Shown in pieces: positions 62,641 through 64,000 of a stretch of DNA of 64,000 nt. The translations under genes and the position numbers were made by a program. The notes below the pieces were generated by a model. It was not told the DNA's origin, ran no database searches, and saw only the letters and a list, made by a program, of their open reading frames with translations. This DNA is from Amphiscolops sp. MND2022 (Eukaryota). The first letter of the stretch is position 1. Each line of letters starts with the position of its first letter. Location: positions 77,688,001-77,752,000 of the forward strand of contig OZ076409.1 of the NCBI GenBank assembly GCA_964187785.1, written 5' to 3'.

Positions 62641-64000
62641 TCTTCTTCTCTTCGAGTACAGTTCTAAAATATCGCAACCTCATAGCATAATATGGCAAAA
62701 TTCAAAACCAAATATCTCAAACTGCCACGAATACGAAATTTTGCGTGTCCGTTTAAGTTAACCACTTTTAAGTTCGCCACAAATACAAGTTCGCCACAAA
62801 TGTTCCAATACAAGGTTGCCGAAAAAAATCATTTCAATGAAAATAACTGCAATCAATCAATAACAATAATTTATTTTTGAGATCATGGAATAAAAATCAT
62901 TCGCCCCCTCGATAGAAGCCGCATTAAGCACAGGGGCTCCGAAAAAAATTTTTCATCGAAATTATTTCCATAAAAGTTTTCCATAAAAATAATTTATTTT
63001 TCGAAGTTAGAAATAAAAATAGTTTATTTCTTTCAGATCCATTATTGAAAAATTATTTTTGTGACCACCGCCATTTGAGTGCAGCCATTGTGTCTGTGAC
63101 CGCGAAGAGGACGAATTAACAAGCGAAAGACTTTTCAGCAGATCAAAACTGACGCAGGGGTATCTGAGACAAAACATGACCCCCATGCATCTTGAAGGAT
63201 CTGTTTTTCTATTTGTAAATAGATCATTCTGGGATGTGCAAACTGTCGAAAAAAATAATTGAATTTTTCTGCATTTTGCCATATTGGCCATTATTTATTT
63301 TTAATGCTGAGAAATCAAATTTATTCATTTTTCCGTACGAGAAATAAAAATTATTTATTTTTGGAGTGCAATATTATGGCCATTATTTTTTAGGAGCCCC
63401 TGATTAAGCATGAAAATTTTGTTATAAAAGCCATAGCTTACTGTATTTCTTCGAATATAAGCAGCGAATTCACTGCAGAAAAAGGTAAAAGAAATACGGT
63501 AATAATAATTTGGTTCGTTGTGATGGAAATTGAACTGATAAAGAAACGCCATGTGACTGAGCATGAAAATTTCATTCATTCATTCTCAACCTACAGCTAG
63601 CTTGTTGCAAAGCTGGAGAATTGAACGACTGAAAAGAAACGCAAGATGATTGAGCATGCTTTTGTTATTAGCGTACGTGTAACTGGTCTGCCTTGTTTTA
63701 TTTATTTAATTTATTTACTTCTAATTTTGAACTGACGAGTTGCATCAAAGTCTAGCTGCTTCTAAAACTGTTGTTTACTGAACACGCCTGCTTGGTGGAA
63801 TAAGACACATGGTCCTAAAATTTAACCGCATGTCCCTTTAAATATTTTGTTCTCCAGGGTTGGAAAAGTATCTGAAAGTAATTTGAACATCCAAAAGATC
63901 AGATACTTTTGTTTATCCGCCTGATGTTTTGATACGACTTTCTCCTAATAAAGTATTTCATTTCAAAAATGAACCGTTTTTGTTTCAATGTTATACCAAA

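Overview
AT-rich, intron-containing, repeat-dense eukaryotic (invertebrate-animal-like) DNA with no clear conventional host gene. Left half (1-31.4 kb) is a nest of decayed Ty3/Gypsy LTR retrotransposons: (i) a minus-strand 5'LTR/PBS/ORF1 piece lying next to a plus-strand pol + envelope-like gene, amplified by two overlapping tandem duplications (periods 3050 and 2320 bp); (ii) a full-length decayed Gypsy element (14589-25318, 5-bp TSD) whose 3' end is tandemly duplicated; (iii) a solo LTR (29313-30373, TSD CCAGG). Right half (31.4-64 kb) holds a spliced minus-strand locus: a SET-domain + Cys/His-cluster + tyrosine-recombinase (Crypton-like) pseudogene (the SET exons are missing from the ORF track), directly preceded by a zinc-finger + KDM2/KDM7-type JmjC gene. 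The region 31.4-61.1 kb is peppered with a fixed-spacing GGTGGGAC box module, which also forms a 67-bp tandem array just downstream of the recombinase gene. Several MITEs with TIRs/TSDs (hAT, Mutator, Merlin-like), tRNA-derived SINE heads and a LINE RT fragment are also present. The best candidate for an undescribed system is a large tyrosine-recombinase mobile element carrying both a histone-methyl writer and eraser, with its own iterated binding-site motif. All family assignments come from motif recognition by eye; no database search was run.
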